Shown here: in pieces, positions 10,830-20,298 of the stretch
How positions within the stretch are numbered: position 1 is the stretch's first letter
Layout of the letters: the number at the start of each line of letters is the position of its first letter
Assembly (NCBI GenBank): GCA_025057575.1
Contig: JANXBO010000009.1
Coordinates: 1,699-65,698 of the forward strand
Direction: 5' to 3'
DNA: 64,000 bases
Source: Armatimonadota bacterium
Lineage (GTDB): Bacteria; Armatimonadota; Fervidibacteria; Fervidibacterales; Fervidibacteraceae
Program-made: the position numbers and the translations under genes
The notes under the pieces: model-generated
What the model was told of the DNA's origin: nothing
What the model saw: only the letters and a program-made list of their open reading frames with translations
Database searches by the model: none

Positions 10830-11291
10830 ATGTCTTTTGAAGCAACGTGGAAAGTAAACTCTTTGGTCTCTTGCACAATCCGATTTGAAAAGAAACCTGA
10901 TTGGATAAAAGAGCCGCCCCAATCGGAAGGGTGGTTGGAAAACCAGCCACCGTATCTATTTGATGTCCAAAGTGTAGAAGTTCAATGGAACAAAAAGGAC
11001 ATTGATTGGGGACGGCTCTTGCAAGTTAGTCAGGCTGCTCTTTGCACGCTAAACGGGCATTACTCCTTAGTGGAGAGCGATGAATCGGATAAGAAAGCCC
11101 TTTTTCGCACCCGAGTCGTGAGGGGATGTTATGATGAGGCTGTCGTGACGGTCGGCGACAGGATTTCTATTCTCATCCGTCGGCGCTTGATGGACCAGCC
11201 GAGCCGGTGTCTTTCTTTCTCCGTTAGCCCCGATGCGGTTCTGGATTTGTTGGAAGTTTTGACCAATTCACCTGTCTCTTCGCTTCAATGA
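10830..11291 (+). CDS. Hypothetical protein (153 aa)
   Basis: ATG is preceded by a strong SD (GAGGGAGGGAAG). No recognisable motif. Visibly more AT-rich than the flanks. Its 3' end overlaps the convergent TolC gene by 7 nt. Confidence 0.55.
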   Translation: MSFEATWKVNSLVSCTIRFEKKPDWIKEPPQSEGWLENQPPYLFDVQSVEVQWNKKDIDWGRLLQVSQAALCTLNGHYSLVESDESDKKALFRTRVVRGCYDEAVVTVGDRISILIRRRLMDQPSRCLSFSVSPDAVLDLLEVLTNSPVSSLQ

Positions 11292-12613
11292 GCGGGTTGT
11301 GAGAAGATCTCGGTAATTTCCCCCATCGCGTGAAGGATTTGATAGGTGGCTCTTCCCAGGTCATATTGCGCCTGGACCAGCTGGGTTTCGGCTTGAGCGA
11401 GGGCTAATTGGGCGTTGATCACGTCAAGGATACTGGCGGTCCCCGCCCGGTAGGCTTCCTCTGTCAGGCGAGCCGTCTCTTCCGCTTCTTTGACGGCCGC
11501 CGTCGCTCCCTCTAATCGCTGTTGGGCGTTCTGGTAGGTGTAAAAACTTCGCTGGACCTCCAATCGGATCGTATCCACTGTGCGGGCATATTGAAGGTCG
11601 GTTTGCTCCTGATTCAACTGCGCCTCCCTGAGTTGAGCGCGGACTCTCCCACCGTCAAAAATCGGGTAACTAATCAGCAGACTGATTGCCCATTCTCGGT
11701 CCACTTTCCTCGTTCCTATGCGGCGGCTGGTGGCGGGATAGATGTTGTAGTTGCCGACAAGGTCCAGGGACGGAAGGGTCTCCAAGCGCGCCAGACGAAC
11801 GGCAGCGGCTGCTCGCTCTCTCGCCCACTCGGACTCTCGGATCTCCGGTCGCCGGCGCAGGGCTCGGGCTAAGGAATCGTCGAGGGAGGGAACTTGAAAG
11901 GAAAGGGGAACCGTCTCTTCAATGTCCAAGGTTTCGTCCGGTCGCAGACTCAGCAAGTTGGCTAAAGTCAGCAGGGCTACCCGCTCATTGTTCTGAGCCG
12001 CCAGCAGGTCTACCTCTGCGGATTTGACGGAGACCTGAGCCCGGAGCACATCCAAACGGGCAACGGTGCCTGCCTGGAAACCTGCTTGGGTCGCTTCCAA
12101 AAGTCTTTTGGCTCTTTCTAAGACCCTCTCGTTGAGGCGCACCAGCGCCCGCGCCCGAAGGACCTCAAAATACTGCTGGGTCACCTGCAACGCCAGGTCT
12201 GCCTTTGTCCGCTCCAGACTGTGGGTCAACTGTCTGGCTTGTGCCTGCGCCTGACGAACCTGCAAAGGCGTCCGAAAACTGTCAAAAAGCGTCTGGGTCA
12301 AGGACAAGGTCGTTTCCCGAAATTCCGCTGCCGTCACCGTGACCACGGGAACGCCGACCTGAATGTTGACCCGGCTGGATAAATAGCGCCGGAACTGATG
12401 ACCCAACGACAATTGCGGCAAAAGTCCTGCCCGAGAGGTCACGACTCGCTCTTCGGCGGCGCGCAGGGTTTTTTCAGCAATTCCCACTTGCGGGTTTTGA
12501 GCCCACGCCCGTTCTACACATTGTTGCAAAGTTAACTTCACCGTCGTTTGCGCCGATCCGTAATGCCCGTAAGGAAGGAGTATTACCAGCACCATCCCCG
12601 CTAATGCCCTCAT
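11285..12613 (-). CDS. TolC family outer-membrane efflux protein
   Basis: 442 aa with a signal peptide (MRALAGMVLVILLPYGHYGSAQ). Internally duplicated alpha-helical/beta-barrel OEP repeats with typical 'LTLQQCVERAWAQNP' and 'AGTASILDVINAQ' blocks. Confidence 0.85.
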   Translation of the reverse strand: MRALAGMVLVILLPYGHYGSAQTTVKLTLQQCVERAWAQNPQVGIAEKTLRAAEERVVTSRAGLLPQLSLGHQFRRYLSSRVNIQVGVPVVTVTAAEFRETTLSLTQTLFDSFRTPLQVRQAQAQARQLTHSLERTKADLALQVTQQYFEVLRARALVRLNERVLERAKRLLEATQAGFQAGTVARLDVLRAQVSVKSAEVDLLAAQNNERVALLTLANLLSLRPDETLDIEETVPLSFQVPSLDDSLARALRRRPEIRESEWARERAAAAVRLARLETLPSLDLVGNYNIYPATSRRIGTRKVDREWAISLLISYPIFDGGRVRAQLREAQLNQEQTDLQYARTVDTIRLEVQRSFYTYQNAQQRLEGATAAVKEAEETARLTEEAYRAGTASILDVINAQLALAQAETQLVQAQYDLGRATYQILHAMGEITEIFSQPAH

Positions 12614-12797
12614 CGTCCGGTCCTCCTCCTTTTCGCTAACACCGATCGTTGCTGAAAAGATTCCCTACAGAATTTGACGGCAACTGTTAATAGGAGGGCT
12701 GTGGGTCGCGAAGCGTTAAGATTTTAAAAAGAGGAGGCTTCAACCAAGATTCCTTCCCTTGCGTCAAAAAGGGTCAGATAGTTGGGGTGATGAGGCG

Positions 12798-14687
12798 ATG
12801 AGACGCATTCTCAAATGGAGGCGCTGGTATTGGATCCTTCTCATTGCAATGGTCGGGGGGGGATATTGGTATTACCGGCGTCACCGCAGCCTGCAACAGA
12901 ATCAGCCCTTTATTGCGACTGCCCCTGTGGAAAGGACTACCGTCACCTTAACGGTCTCCGCCAGCGGCACGATCCAACCCTATAAGATCGTGGACGTCAA
13001 GTCGAAGGCAGCGGGCAAAGTTATAGAAATGGCGGTGGATGTGGGCGATGTGGTCCGAAAGGGGCAATTAATTTGCCGGATTGATCCGACGGACATTTTG
13101 ACGACAGTCAATCAGGGGGAGGCGGACCTGGCAGCAGCTTTGGCAAGAGTTCAGCAGGCGCTCATCAGCCTGGAAATGGAGAAACAGAGCACGCCCGCTC
13201 AGATTGCCGAAGCCCGTCAAGCCCTGGAAGCCGCAAGAGCTCGCGTCGCGCAGGCGAGGACCGCGCTGGAGGCGCAAGAAGCCCAGGCACGGGCTCAGGT
13301 CCGGAGAGCGCAAGAAGCCGTTATCAGCGCCCGAGCCCGTTATCTCCAAGCCAAAGCCCAAGCAGAGAATCAGCCCGCCCTCACCAAAGCAGCCATTGAG
13401 CAAGCAGAAGCGAACTATAGAAGAGCCCAAGAAACCCTCAAACAGTTGAAAGAAGCCATCGTCCCCCAGCAACGGGCTCAGGCACAAGCCGCCTACGATA
13501 TGGCACAGGCTCAGTTGGAGAATGCCGAAAGGAACTGGAATCGGCTGACGGCTCTGTTGGAGAAAGGATTTGTCCCTCAAAGTCAGGTAGACCAAGCAAA
13601 AGCCCAATATGAGTCAGCGAAAGCAGAGTTTGCGGCTGCTTCGGAGCGGTTGAGGACTTTGGAGGCGGAACTGGAAGCCCGAATCCGTGAGGCAGAGGGG
13701 CAGGTGGCTCAGGCGAAGGCGAACCTGGATTCGGCGTTAGCCAACCAAATTCAGGACCGCATTCGCCAGCAGGAAGTGGAAGCAGCAGAAGCCGCCCTTC
13801 GCCAAGCGGAAGCGGACTTGGAAGCGGCAAAAGCCCAGGAACTGCTCGTGGAGCAAAGGCGAGCCGAGTGGAAAGCCGCCCAAGCAGCCTTGGCGCAGGC
13901 CCACGCCGCTTATCAGCGAGCCCTGGTCACTGCCCGCCAGGTCCAACTTCGGCAAGCCGACATCGCCACGGCAAGAGCCCAGGTCCAGAGGGCTTCCGCT
14001 CAACTCAGAAATGCCCGGGTGCAACTTTCCGACACCGTCATCGTTGCCCCTCGGGATGGGGTCATCTTGGAGAAACTGGTGGAAGAAGGGACCGTGATCA
14101 GTTCAGGAATGTCGGCGTTTGCTCAAGGGACGACGATCGTCCGATTAGCGGATATGAGCCGGGTCTTTGTGGATGCGGAAGTGGCAGAAGCCGACATTGC
14201 CAATGTCTGGCCGGGTCAGTCGGCGGACGTCACCGTGGACGCCCTTCCCAACGACATCTTTGAGGGCAAAGTGATCCGAGTAGATCCCAGGACGACCGAG
14301 GAGCAGAATGTGGTCTATGTGCACGTTTGGGTGGAAATTTTAGATCCCGATCAGAGGCTCAAGCCGGGAATGAGCGCCACCTGTCAGTTCCACGTGGAGA
14401 AGGAAGACAATGTGATTGCCGTCCCCAACGAAGCCGTTAAAGAGGACGAGAACGGGCGCTACTATGTGGAGATTATGGAGAATAAGAACCCCAATGGCAA
14501 ACCGGTCCGCAGGTATGTGGAAATCGGCCTTCAGGGCACCAGTATGACGACCATCAAGAAGGGTCTGAGGGTCGGCGAGGAGGTCATCACGACCTATGCG
14601 ATGCCGGAAGCCATCCAAGCACCCGAGGCAGCACAGGCACGATCCCGAAACCCAATGGCAGGAATGAGAGGTCTGATGGGACGATGA
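12798..14687 (+). CDS. Efflux periplasmic adaptor (HlyD/MacA family) with an unusually long coiled-coil hairpin
   Basis: N-terminal TM, lipoyl-like half-motifs ('[25 protein letters not shown]' ... '[13 protein letters not shown]') and a C-terminal beta-barrel/MP domain. About 300 aa of Ala/Gln/Glu/Arg-rich heptads lie between the lipoyl halves. The ATG at 12798 with an SD is preferred over the TTG at 12759. Confidence 0.85.
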   Translation: MRRILKWRRWYWILLIAMVGGGYWYYRRHRSLQQNQPFIATAPVERTTVTLTVSASGTIQPYKIVDVKSKAAGKVIEMAVDVGDVVRKGQLICRIDPTDILTTVNQGEADLAAALARVQQALISLEMEKQSTPAQIAEARQALEAARARVAQARTALEAQEAQARAQVRRAQEAVISARARYLQAKAQAENQPALTKAAIEQAEANYRRAQETLKQLKEAIVPQQRAQAQAAYDMAQAQLENAERNWNRLTALLEKGFVPQSQVDQAKAQYESAKAEFAAASERLRTLEAELEARIREAEGQVAQAKANLDSALANQIQDRIRQQEVEAAEAALRQAEADLEAAKAQELLVEQRRAEWKAAQAALAQAHAAYQRALVTARQVQLRQADIATARAQVQRASAQLRNARVQLSDTVIVAPRDGVILEKLVEEGTVISSGMSAFAQGTTIVRLADMSRVFVDAEVAEADIANVWPGQSADVTVDALPNDIFEGKVIRVDPRTTEEQNVVYVHVWVEILDPDQRLKPGMSATCQFHVEKEDNVIAVPNEAVKEDENGRYYVEIMENKNPNGKPVRRYVEIGLQGTSMTTIKKGLRVGEEVITTYAMPEAIQAPEAAQARSRNPMAGMRGLMGR

Positions 14688-15448
14688 GGAATTGGGCTCC
14701 TACCGATCGCATGAATCGATCCGACGACGGCGCCCTTATTCAGGCGATTGACCTGAGGAAGGATTATTACATCGGTGAGGTCGTGATCCCTGCCGTTCGG
14801 GGTGCCAGTTTGACAATCCAGCGGGGCGAATTTGTTGCCATTATGGGACCTTCCGGATCGGGGAAGAGCACTTTTATGCATCTGCTGGGCTGTCTGGATA
14901 AACCGACCGGAGGGACTTACTATTTGGACGGGGTGGAAGTCAGTCGCTTGGACGACGATGAACTGGCGGAGATTCGCAACCGGAAGATCGGGTTTGTGTT
15001 CCAGACTTACAACCTCCTGCCCCGAATGACGGCTTTGGAGAATGTGATGCTGCCGATGGTCTATGCTGGTCTTCCCAAGAGGGAGCGGTATCGGCGGGCT
15101 CAATACTATCTGGAGAGGGTCGGTCTGGCGGACCGGATGCACCACTACCCGACTCAGTTATCGGGTGGCGAACAGCAACGGGTCGCCATCGCCCGAGCCC
15201 TCTGCAACGATCCCATCCTGATCTTAGGCGACGAGCCGACGGGAAACTTGGACACGCGAACGGGCGAGGAGATTATGAGCCTCTTTCAGGACCTGCACCG
15301 GGAGGGTCGGACCATCGTTTTGGTCACCCACGAACCCGATATTGCCCGGCATTGCGAGCGGATCGTCCGTTTCCGAGACGGAAAAGTGGTCGGTGACGAG
15401 AAAGTGACCGAGCCCTTAGACGCTCGGACCATCTTAGCGACTCTGTGA
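14684..15448 (+). CDS. ABC transporter ATP-binding protein (MacB/LolD type)
   Basis: Walker A 'GPSGSGKST', signature '[15 protein letters not shown]' and Walker B 'ILILGDEPT'. The ATGA start overlaps the adaptor stop. Confidence 0.92.
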   Translation: MRNWAPTDRMNRSDDGALIQAIDLRKDYYIGEVVIPAVRGASLTIQRGEFVAIMGPSGSGKSTFMHLLGCLDKPTGGTYYLDGVEVSRLDDDELAEIRNRKIGFVFQTYNLLPRMTALENVMLPMVYAGLPKRERYRRAQYYLERVGLADRMHHYPTQLSGGEQQRVAIARALCNDPILILGDEPTGNLDTRTGEEIMSLFQDLHREGRTIVLVTHEPDIARHCERIVRFRDGKVVGDEKVTEPLDARTILATL

Positions 15449-15463
15449 CGGGAGGGAGAGGGA

Positions 15464-16684
15464 ATGCTGATTTGGGAAATGGTGCGGGTTGCCTGGTCCA
15501 GCATTTATAGCAATAAACTCCGGTCTGCCTTGACGACCTTGGGGGTGTTGATCGGGGTTGCGGACATCATTGCCGTTTTGGCTATCGTCCAGGGTGCCCG
15601 GCAGCGGCAGTTGGAAATGATTCAGCAGATGGGCGCCAACATTGTGCAGGTCTTTCCTGGGCAGCGGAGAAGGGGTGCCATTTGGGCGGGCATCGGTTCC
15701 GTCCAGAGTTTGGTCCCTTCTGACTTGGATGCCCTCAAAAAGAACAACAACGGTCTGATCCGGGACGCCTGCGGGGAAATCCGCAGACCCGTCCAGGTCG
15801 TCTATCGCGGGAAAAACACGGGAACTTTTGTCTCAGGAGTAACCGCCAACTACCCCGAAATAAGAGCCTTCAAGGTGGAAAGAGGGCGGTTCTTCACCGA
15901 TAAAGAAGACAGAGCAATGATTCGGGTGGCGGTCTTGGGACAGACCGTCGTTGTGAACCTTTTCGGCGAGGAAGCCAACCCCTTGGGCAGGACCATCAGG
16001 ATCAACGGAACCCCCTTCACAGTCATCGGAGTCCTTGCCAAAAAGGGAGCCACGGGCTGGATTGATTACGACGATATGATCATGGTGCCCCTGCGGACAG
16101 CAATGTATCGGTTATTCGGAACCGATTACCTGACGGGCATCAGCGTTCAAATTGTCCGCAACGACCTGGTGGTGGCAGGGATGCAAGAGATAGAAAGAAT
16201 TCTCCGCAAAGCCCATCGCCTGCCCCCAAACAAGGAAAATGACTTTATTTTGAGAGCCCAAGCCGAGTGGGAACAATTGGCGGAGCAGTCGTCCTGGCTG
16301 TTCACGGTGCTGGCTTTAAGCATCGCCGGCGTTTCCCTCGTCGTCGGTGGGATCGGGATTATGAACATTATGCTGGTCTCCGTTGCGGAAAGGACCCGAG
16401 AGATCGGCATCCGAAAGGCGGTCGGCGCCCGCGCCTCGGACATTCAACTGCAGTTCTTGCTGGAAGCCATTACCTTGAGCGTTTTCGGCGGACTGCTGGG
16501 TATCGGATTGGGCTTTGGAGCCTCCTATCTGGTCGGCTATTTTACCGGATGGACGATGCTGATCACCCCTGTGGCTGTTATCGTTGCTTTTGTCTTTTCA
16601 GCCACCGTCGGAATTTTCTTTGGGTATTATCCAGCGCGGAAAGCAGCCGCCCTGGAGCCTGTGGAAGCCTTGCGCTACGAATAA
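15464..16684 (+). CDS. ABC transporter permease (MacB/FtsX family)
   Basis: 406 aa with TM1, a large periplasmic MacB_PCD-like domain, and a C-terminal FtsX 3-TM domain ('VAERTREIGIRKAVGA'). Confidence 0.9.
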   Translation: MLIWEMVRVAWSSIYSNKLRSALTTLGVLIGVADIIAVLAIVQGARQRQLEMIQQMGANIVQVFPGQRRRGAIWAGIGSVQSLVPSDLDALKKNNNGLIRDACGEIRRPVQVVYRGKNTGTFVSGVTANYPEIRAFKVERGRFFTDKEDRAMIRVAVLGQTVVVNLFGEEANPLGRTIRINGTPFTVIGVLAKKGATGWIDYDDMIMVPLRTAMYRLFGTDYLTGISVQIVRNDLVVAGMQEIERILRKAHRLPPNKENDFILRAQAEWEQLAEQSSWLFTVLALSIAGVSLVVGGIGIMNIMLVSVAERTREIGIRKAVGARASDIQLQFLLEAITLSVFGGLLGIGLGFGASYLVGYFTGWTMLITPVAVIVAFVFSATVGIFFGYYPARKAAALEPVEALRYE

Positions 16685-16722
16685 GCCATTACTTTTTTTG
16701 AAGTTAAAGGAGGTGTCGTTCA

Positions 16723-17349
16723 GTGCGGTATGTTGGTGTCTTGTTCGTTTGTGCCGTCTCCACTGTCGTCGCCCAGCCACCGGCAGGTCAGGGACCCTCT
16801 CCACAGATGATGGCTCAGTTCCAGCGATTTTTGGAGGAAAATAAGTTCCAGTTTCAGTTGGGAGAAACCTTCCGCAAGTTGGGGGAACTGGAGAGAAAAG
16901 GGGGAGCCACAGCACTGACCAAAGATCAGGCGAAGAAGTTGCTGGCTCTCTTTAAGCCGATGACCCAGAAGGACAAATTGACGCCGGAAGAGGCGAAGAA
17001 AGCCCTGAAGGAGATTAAAGCCATCCTGCGCCCGGACCAGTTGGCCGCCTTAGACCGAATTCAATTGCCCCGAATGCGCTTTGGTGGTCGCCCAGGGGGA
17101 GCGGGTGGAGGTCCCGGGGGCGGTCCGGGTGGACCGGGCGGGGGAGCGGCAGGTCCCGGCGGACCGGGCTTTGGTGGTCAGGGCGGCGCAGGCGGTCCCA
17201 GAATGGGTCGCTTTGACCCAACTCAGTTAAGGAACATCAACCCCCTCTCGGTAAAGGTTGACAAAGATTCGCCTTTTGCCGAATTTCAAAAGAAACGGGC
17301 GGAACGCATCAATGAGTTTCTCTCCCACTTGGAAAAAAAGGCGAAGTAA
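16723..17349 (+). CDS. Secreted LTXXQ-like (Spy/CpxP-like) protein with a Gly/Pro-rich segment
   Basis: GTG start with AAAGGAGGTG SD and a signal peptide (MRYVGVLFVCAVSTVVAQ). Repeated L[TR]xx[QE] helices (LTKDQ, LTPEE, LRPDQ). Contains a tract of about 40 aa of GGPGGG-type low complexity. Confidence 0.6.
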   Translation: MRYVGVLFVCAVSTVVAQPPAGQGPSPQMMAQFQRFLEENKFQFQLGETFRKLGELERKGGATALTKDQAKKLLALFKPMTQKDKLTPEEAKKALKEIKAILRPDQLAALDRIQLPRMRFGGRPGGAGGGPGGGPGGPGGGAAGPGGPGFGGQGGAGGPRMGRFDPTQLRNINPLSVKVDKDSPFAEFQKKRAERINEFLSHLEKKAK

Positions 17350-17483
17350 GGGAGCGGACCGTTACCGATCCTGGCTGTTTTGACCGGTATGGCATACTAT
17401 CCGATGAGAGGCAGGGGGACGAAGGAGGGCACCGAGTTGGAGTAAGGGGGTGACTCAGCCACAAGAGAAACGGAGGTCGGAAA

Positions 17484-18044
17484 GTGGAGCCGATCCGAAC
17501 TGTCTTAGAGGAGATGGTCGGTCGGCTGACAAAACCGGAACTTTTAAGGGATGTTTTGAGGATCCGGTGGCGTCAGATCGTTGGGGAACACTTATCTAAG
17601 GTGTCCCAAGTTCGGACTGTCAAGGATGGCGTTGTTACGATCGTCGCAACCAGTCCGACTGTTGCCAACGAACTGCAATTTAGAAAGGACGAACTGAGCC
17701 GCCGCATTAGGGAACTAGTGCGGTTCGGACCCTATGATATTCGGATCCGACTGGGGACGATTACTCAGGAAAAATCCCCTCCGCAAAAGAGGCTGGAGAA
17801 GGAGATAGAACGCATCGTCCTGTCTCAAAGAGAAAAAACGGTCATTGAAAAAACGATAGAACCGATCAAAGATCCCCAACTGCGTTATCAAGTAGCGTCG
17901 GTGCTGACTCAATTCTTTAAAGTCAGCCAATGGAAGCGGCGCCACGGTTTTAAAGAGTGCCCCCGCTGCAAAGCCCTGTATCGGGGTCCCCGTAGCACCT
18001 GCCCTGTCTGCCGGGTGGAACTGCGCCTCTACTCCCAAGCGTAA
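17484..18044 (+). CDS. DUF721/DciA-like protein with a C-terminal zinc ribbon
   Basis: The block 'LRIRWRQIVGEHLSKVSQVRTVKDGVVTIVATSPTVANELQFRKDELSRRI' resembles DUF721 (DciA). C-terminal CPRC...CPVC. GTG start with an ACGGAGGT SD. Confidence 0.6.
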   Translation: MEPIRTVLEEMVGRLTKPELLRDVLRIRWRQIVGEHLSKVSQVRTVKDGVVTIVATSPTVANELQFRKDELSRRIRELVRFGPYDIRIRLGTITQEKSPPQKRLEKEIERIVLSQREKTVIEKTIEPIKDPQLRYQVASVLTQFFKVSQWKRRHGFKECPRCKALYRGPRSTCPVCRVELRLYSQA

Positions 18045-18078
18045 CGGATCGCTTCTCTTGTTGATTTATTTTCCTGAT

Positions 18079-19284
18079 TCATTGCTTTTTGGCGCGGACG
18101 GCTGACCAACAGCGGGCGAAAATCTCAAGGGCTTCGTCTACGTCCTCCTCACTGACGATGAGAGGAGGGACGAAGCGAAGAATGCGGTCTCCGATGGCAT
18201 TGACGATCAGCCCGGTCGGCTCCGCAGAGAGGCAGGCGTCCCTTAGAGCAGGTGCGATGGGCTCAGAGAATTCAGCGGCGACCATCAGCCCTTTCCCCCG
18301 AATTTCCCCCTGCTCGCCGACGATTCTCTTGAGACCTTGCTGAAGCCGGTCCCCCATCTCGGTGGCTCGCTCGGGCAATTTTTCTTCCTCCAAAACGTCC
18401 AGGAAGGCGAGGGCAACGGCAGATGCCAAAAAATTGCCTCCGAAGGTGGAAGCGTGAGAGCCCGCCGTCAGATGCTCCGCCCATTGCGGCTTCGCCAGCA
18501 TTGCCCCCATTGGAAACCCTCCGGCAAGGGTCTTCGCCAGGGCGATGATATCCGGTTCCACTTGATAGTGCTGAAAAGCGAACAGTTTCCCCGTTCGTCC
18601 CAAACCTGTTTGCACCTCATCAACGATCAAGAGGAAGGATCGTTCCTTTGCCAAACGGGCAATCCCCGGAAGGAACCCGTCATCGGGTATCTTCACGCCG
18701 CTTTCCCCTTGAATCGGCTCCACGATGACAGCGCAGGTTTCGTCCGTAATGGCGTTTTCTAAGGACGGTAGATCGCCGTAAGGAACGAACCGAACACCCG
18801 GCAGGAGCGGCTCAAAACCAAAATGGTATTTGGGCTGACCGGTCACCGAAAGGGCACCGAAAGTCCGCCCATGGAAACTCTCTTCACAGGCAATGATCTG
18901 CCACTTACCACCCAAAACGGTTTTGCCGATTTTCCGGGCAAGTTTGAGGGAGGCTTCTATCGCTTCGGCACCACTGTTGCAAAAAAAGCATTGATAGCCC
19001 CCTGCCAGGTCACCCAATCGCTTGCCCAAAACGGCTTGGGGACCGATGTAGAAAAGGTTAGAGGTATGCCACAGCATATCCGCTTGTTGTTGCAAGGCGG
19101 CGACCAGCCGAGGATGACAGTGCCCTGCCCCGCAGACGGCGATCCCCGCCAGAAAGTCCAGATACTCCTTCCCATTGACATCCCAGAGGCGTGCCCCAAT
19201 ACCCCGAATGAAGGCGACGGGATAGCGACTGTAGTTGGGAGTCAGTCCTTCCTGTGTCAATCTCTGGATCTCTTCAAAATTCAC
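18079..19284 (-). CDS. argD: Acetylornithine aminotransferase (class III PLP aminotransferase)
   Basis: 401 aa with 'GKEYLDFLAGIAVCGAGHCHP', 'DEVQTGLGRTGKLFA' and a PLP-lysine region 'DIIALAKTLAGG'. Confidence 0.85.
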   Translation of the reverse strand: MNFEEIQRLTQEGLTPNYSRYPVAFIRGIGARLWDVNGKEYLDFLAGIAVCGAGHCHPRLVAALQQQADMLWHTSNLFYIGPQAVLGKRLGDLAGGYQCFFCNSGAEAIEASLKLARKIGKTVLGGKWQIIACEESFHGRTFGALSVTGQPKYHFGFEPLLPGVRFVPYGDLPSLENAITDETCAVIVEPIQGESGVKIPDDGFLPGIARLAKERSFLLIVDEVQTGLGRTGKLFAFQHYQVEPDIIALAKTLAGGFPMGAMLAKPQWAEHLTAGSHASTFGGNFLASAVALAFLDVLEEEKLPERATEMGDRLQQGLKRIVGEQGEIRGKGLMVAAEFSEPIAPALRDACLSAEPTGLIVNAIGDRILRFVPPLIVSEEDVDEALEIFARCWSAVRAKKQ

Positions 19285-19305
19285 TTTCGCACCCCCTAAC
19301 CGACC

Positions 19306-20298
19306 TCAGAAATGCTGATACCCACCCGAAAGGCGAACTGGTTTGCCTTCTTGATCCCTGCCGATGACGGCTCCGGGCGTGCCTTGGCGAAGGGATCCGA
19401 TAACGGTCGCCGAGCCACCGAATTGGGTGATGGCGGTGACAACGGCGTCGGCGTCACTGGCAGAGACCGCCATCAGAAGTTGATAATCCTCCCCGCCGGT
19501 GAGGGCTAAAGGGAGCGGATTGTGATCCAAGAGCCGACAGGCTTCCTTTAAAGACTTGCTGAGGGGAACAGAGGGAAGGTCAATGACGGCTTCCAAACCG
19601 CTGGAGAAAGCCAGCCGAGAAGCATCCAGCACCAGACCATCGCTGATGTCAATAGCAGCGTGAAGAGAAAAGGAACGAAGGAGGGGCAACAGGTCGGCGG
19701 GCGGTTCCGGTCGCCGAAAGCGAAGGACGCAGGGATCGTTGTTGGTTCCGACCGCCTTTTCTAAAAGCAGAAGACCTGCCGCTGCCTCCCCTAAAGAACC
19801 TGTCACGATCAGGCGATCACCGTCTTTCCCCCCAGACCGGGTCCAAAAAGAACCGTTGACCAGTCCGAGTGCCGTAGAGACGACCCACAAACCGTCGCCT
19901 GACTTGCTTGTGTCCCCGCCAACGAAAAGGCAAGAAAACCGAAGGCAGGCGTCCGCAGCCCCATCGTAAAGTTGGTCTAATTCTTCAAGGGTTTCTTCGC
20001 CGGACAAGGCAACAGACAAAAGGAGGCAGAGGGGTCGAGCGCCCATACTGGTCAGATCGCTGATGCTGATGGCAACGGCTTTCCAGCCCAGATCGTAAAA
20101 GGGCATCCAGGACCGGCGAAAGTGAACCCCCTCTATCTGTCCGTCAACAGTCAGCACCACTAAGCAATCGCCGACGGAAACTACCGCAGCGTCATCGCCG
20201 GGTCCGACTTTCAGGCGAGGGTCCCAACCAAACCGTCGGGTCAGCCGCTGGCAAAGCCGCTCGACAAAAGAGCGTTCGCCGATCTCCGTGACTTTCAC
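19306..20298 (-). CDS. thiL: Thiamine-monophosphate kinase
   Basis: 330 aa with AIR-synthase-like fold motifs 'GPGDDAAVV' and 'LTGGEDYQLL'. Its start overlaps the thiE stop by 4 nt. Confidence 0.88.
   Translation of the reverse strand: MKVTEIGERSFVERLCQRLTRRFGWDPRLKVGPGDDAAVVSVGDCLVVLTVDGQIEGVHFRRSWMPFYDLGWKAVAISISDLTSMGARPLCLLLSVALSGEETLEELDQLYDGAADACLRFSCLFVGGDTSKSGDGLWVVSTALGLVNGSFWTRSGGKDGDRLIVTGSLGEAAAGLLLLEKAVGTNNDPCVLRFRRPEPPADLLPLLRSFSLHAAIDISDGLVLDASRLAFSSGLEAVIDLPSVPLSKSLKEACRLLDHNPLPLALTGGEDYQLLMAVSASDADAVVTAITQFGGSATVIGSLRQGTPGAVIGRDQEGKPVRLSGGYQHF

Noticed and set aside
13204-13830. ORFs in alternative frames within the adaptor coiled-coil region (13204-13449 +, 13438-13830 -, 13068-13607 -)
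   Set aside because: They arise from the repetitive GCN/CAG-rich coding sequence. The main-frame product has clear HlyD/MacA architecture.
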